Of a stretch of 64,000 nt of DNA, positions 63,591-64,000 are shown piece after piece (the first letter of the stretch is position 1; each line of letters starts with the position of its first letter). The DNA lies in NCBI RefSeq assembly GCF_026571515.1, contig NW_026852705.1:434001-498000 (forward strand), read 5' to 3'. A program made the translations under genes and the position numbers. Source of the DNA: Ruditapes philippinarum (taxonomy: Eukaryota). The notes below the pieces were generated by a model. It made no database searches, was not told the origin of the DNA, and worked only from the letters and a program-made list of their open reading frames with translations.

Positions 63591-64000
63591 ATAGTATAGG
63601 TCGTATATGCAAATGTGATACTTACTAGTCTTGATGAGTTTGTTTGCATTTATTTCGTTTTGTCTTGAAATCATTTTATGCTGTACATGTAGATTTTTTC
63701 CTTGGGTTTTATGCTTGTTTTCTTGTAGGTGTTTCTCTTTTTGTATCTTTATCAATGATTATTAAATGATTATATATGTTTAAGAGTTGTCTTGAATTTA
63801 TATCCTAACATAGTCCCTCCCGTAGTTCTCATACAGCCATTCAGTCAGTTATTCTATAAATTACCCCTCGATCAAACATAGCTGGTTATAGGTGACAACC
63901 GAATGTGTTTCTAAAAAAATGTGAAATTTTCGCAAATAATTGTTTTTAACTGAATAAGGCAGCGCATGGTAGTACGTAAGCGCGCGTTCAATTTTCATAT

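Noticed and set aside
63295-63628. ORFs 63397-63612 and 63416-63628, or a CRISPR-like repeat
   Set aside because: Head-to-tail 61-bp minisatellite without spacers; the ORFs are by-products.

Overview
AT-rich, intron-rich eukaryotic genomic DNA. The repeat families and gene content suggest a bivalve mollusc (inference). I assembled six spliced protein-coding genes by hand from GT-AG junctions with consistent phases: (1) a 3-exon gene (+, 4269-9748) encoding an N-terminal ParB/sulfiredoxin-like domain resembling bacterial Rhs-toxin tips, a long disordered tail and three PVIYGQNQ repeats; (2-4) a cluster of three 6-exon ependymin-related (EPDR) genes (one on -, two on +), all ending in a dedicated mini-exon carrying a G-R-R/G-K-R motif; (5) syntaxin-8 (-, 8 exons, 235 aa), which contains a U12-type minor intron and a tRNA-containing miniature LTR element in intron 1; (6) a 5-exon gene (+, 57934-62538) for a small protein with a signal peptide, two degenerate cadherin-like domains and a GPI-type tail. 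The rest is mobile DNA: five copies of a palindromic MITE, nested MITEs, Helentron-like elements carrying satellite arrays (one nested in another), SINE remnants, a truncated LINE RT fragment and mini/microsatellites. There is a 128-N gap, preceded by about 6 kb of noisy-looking sequence that may hide another gene. No CRISPR, rRNA or intact tRNA gene is supported.
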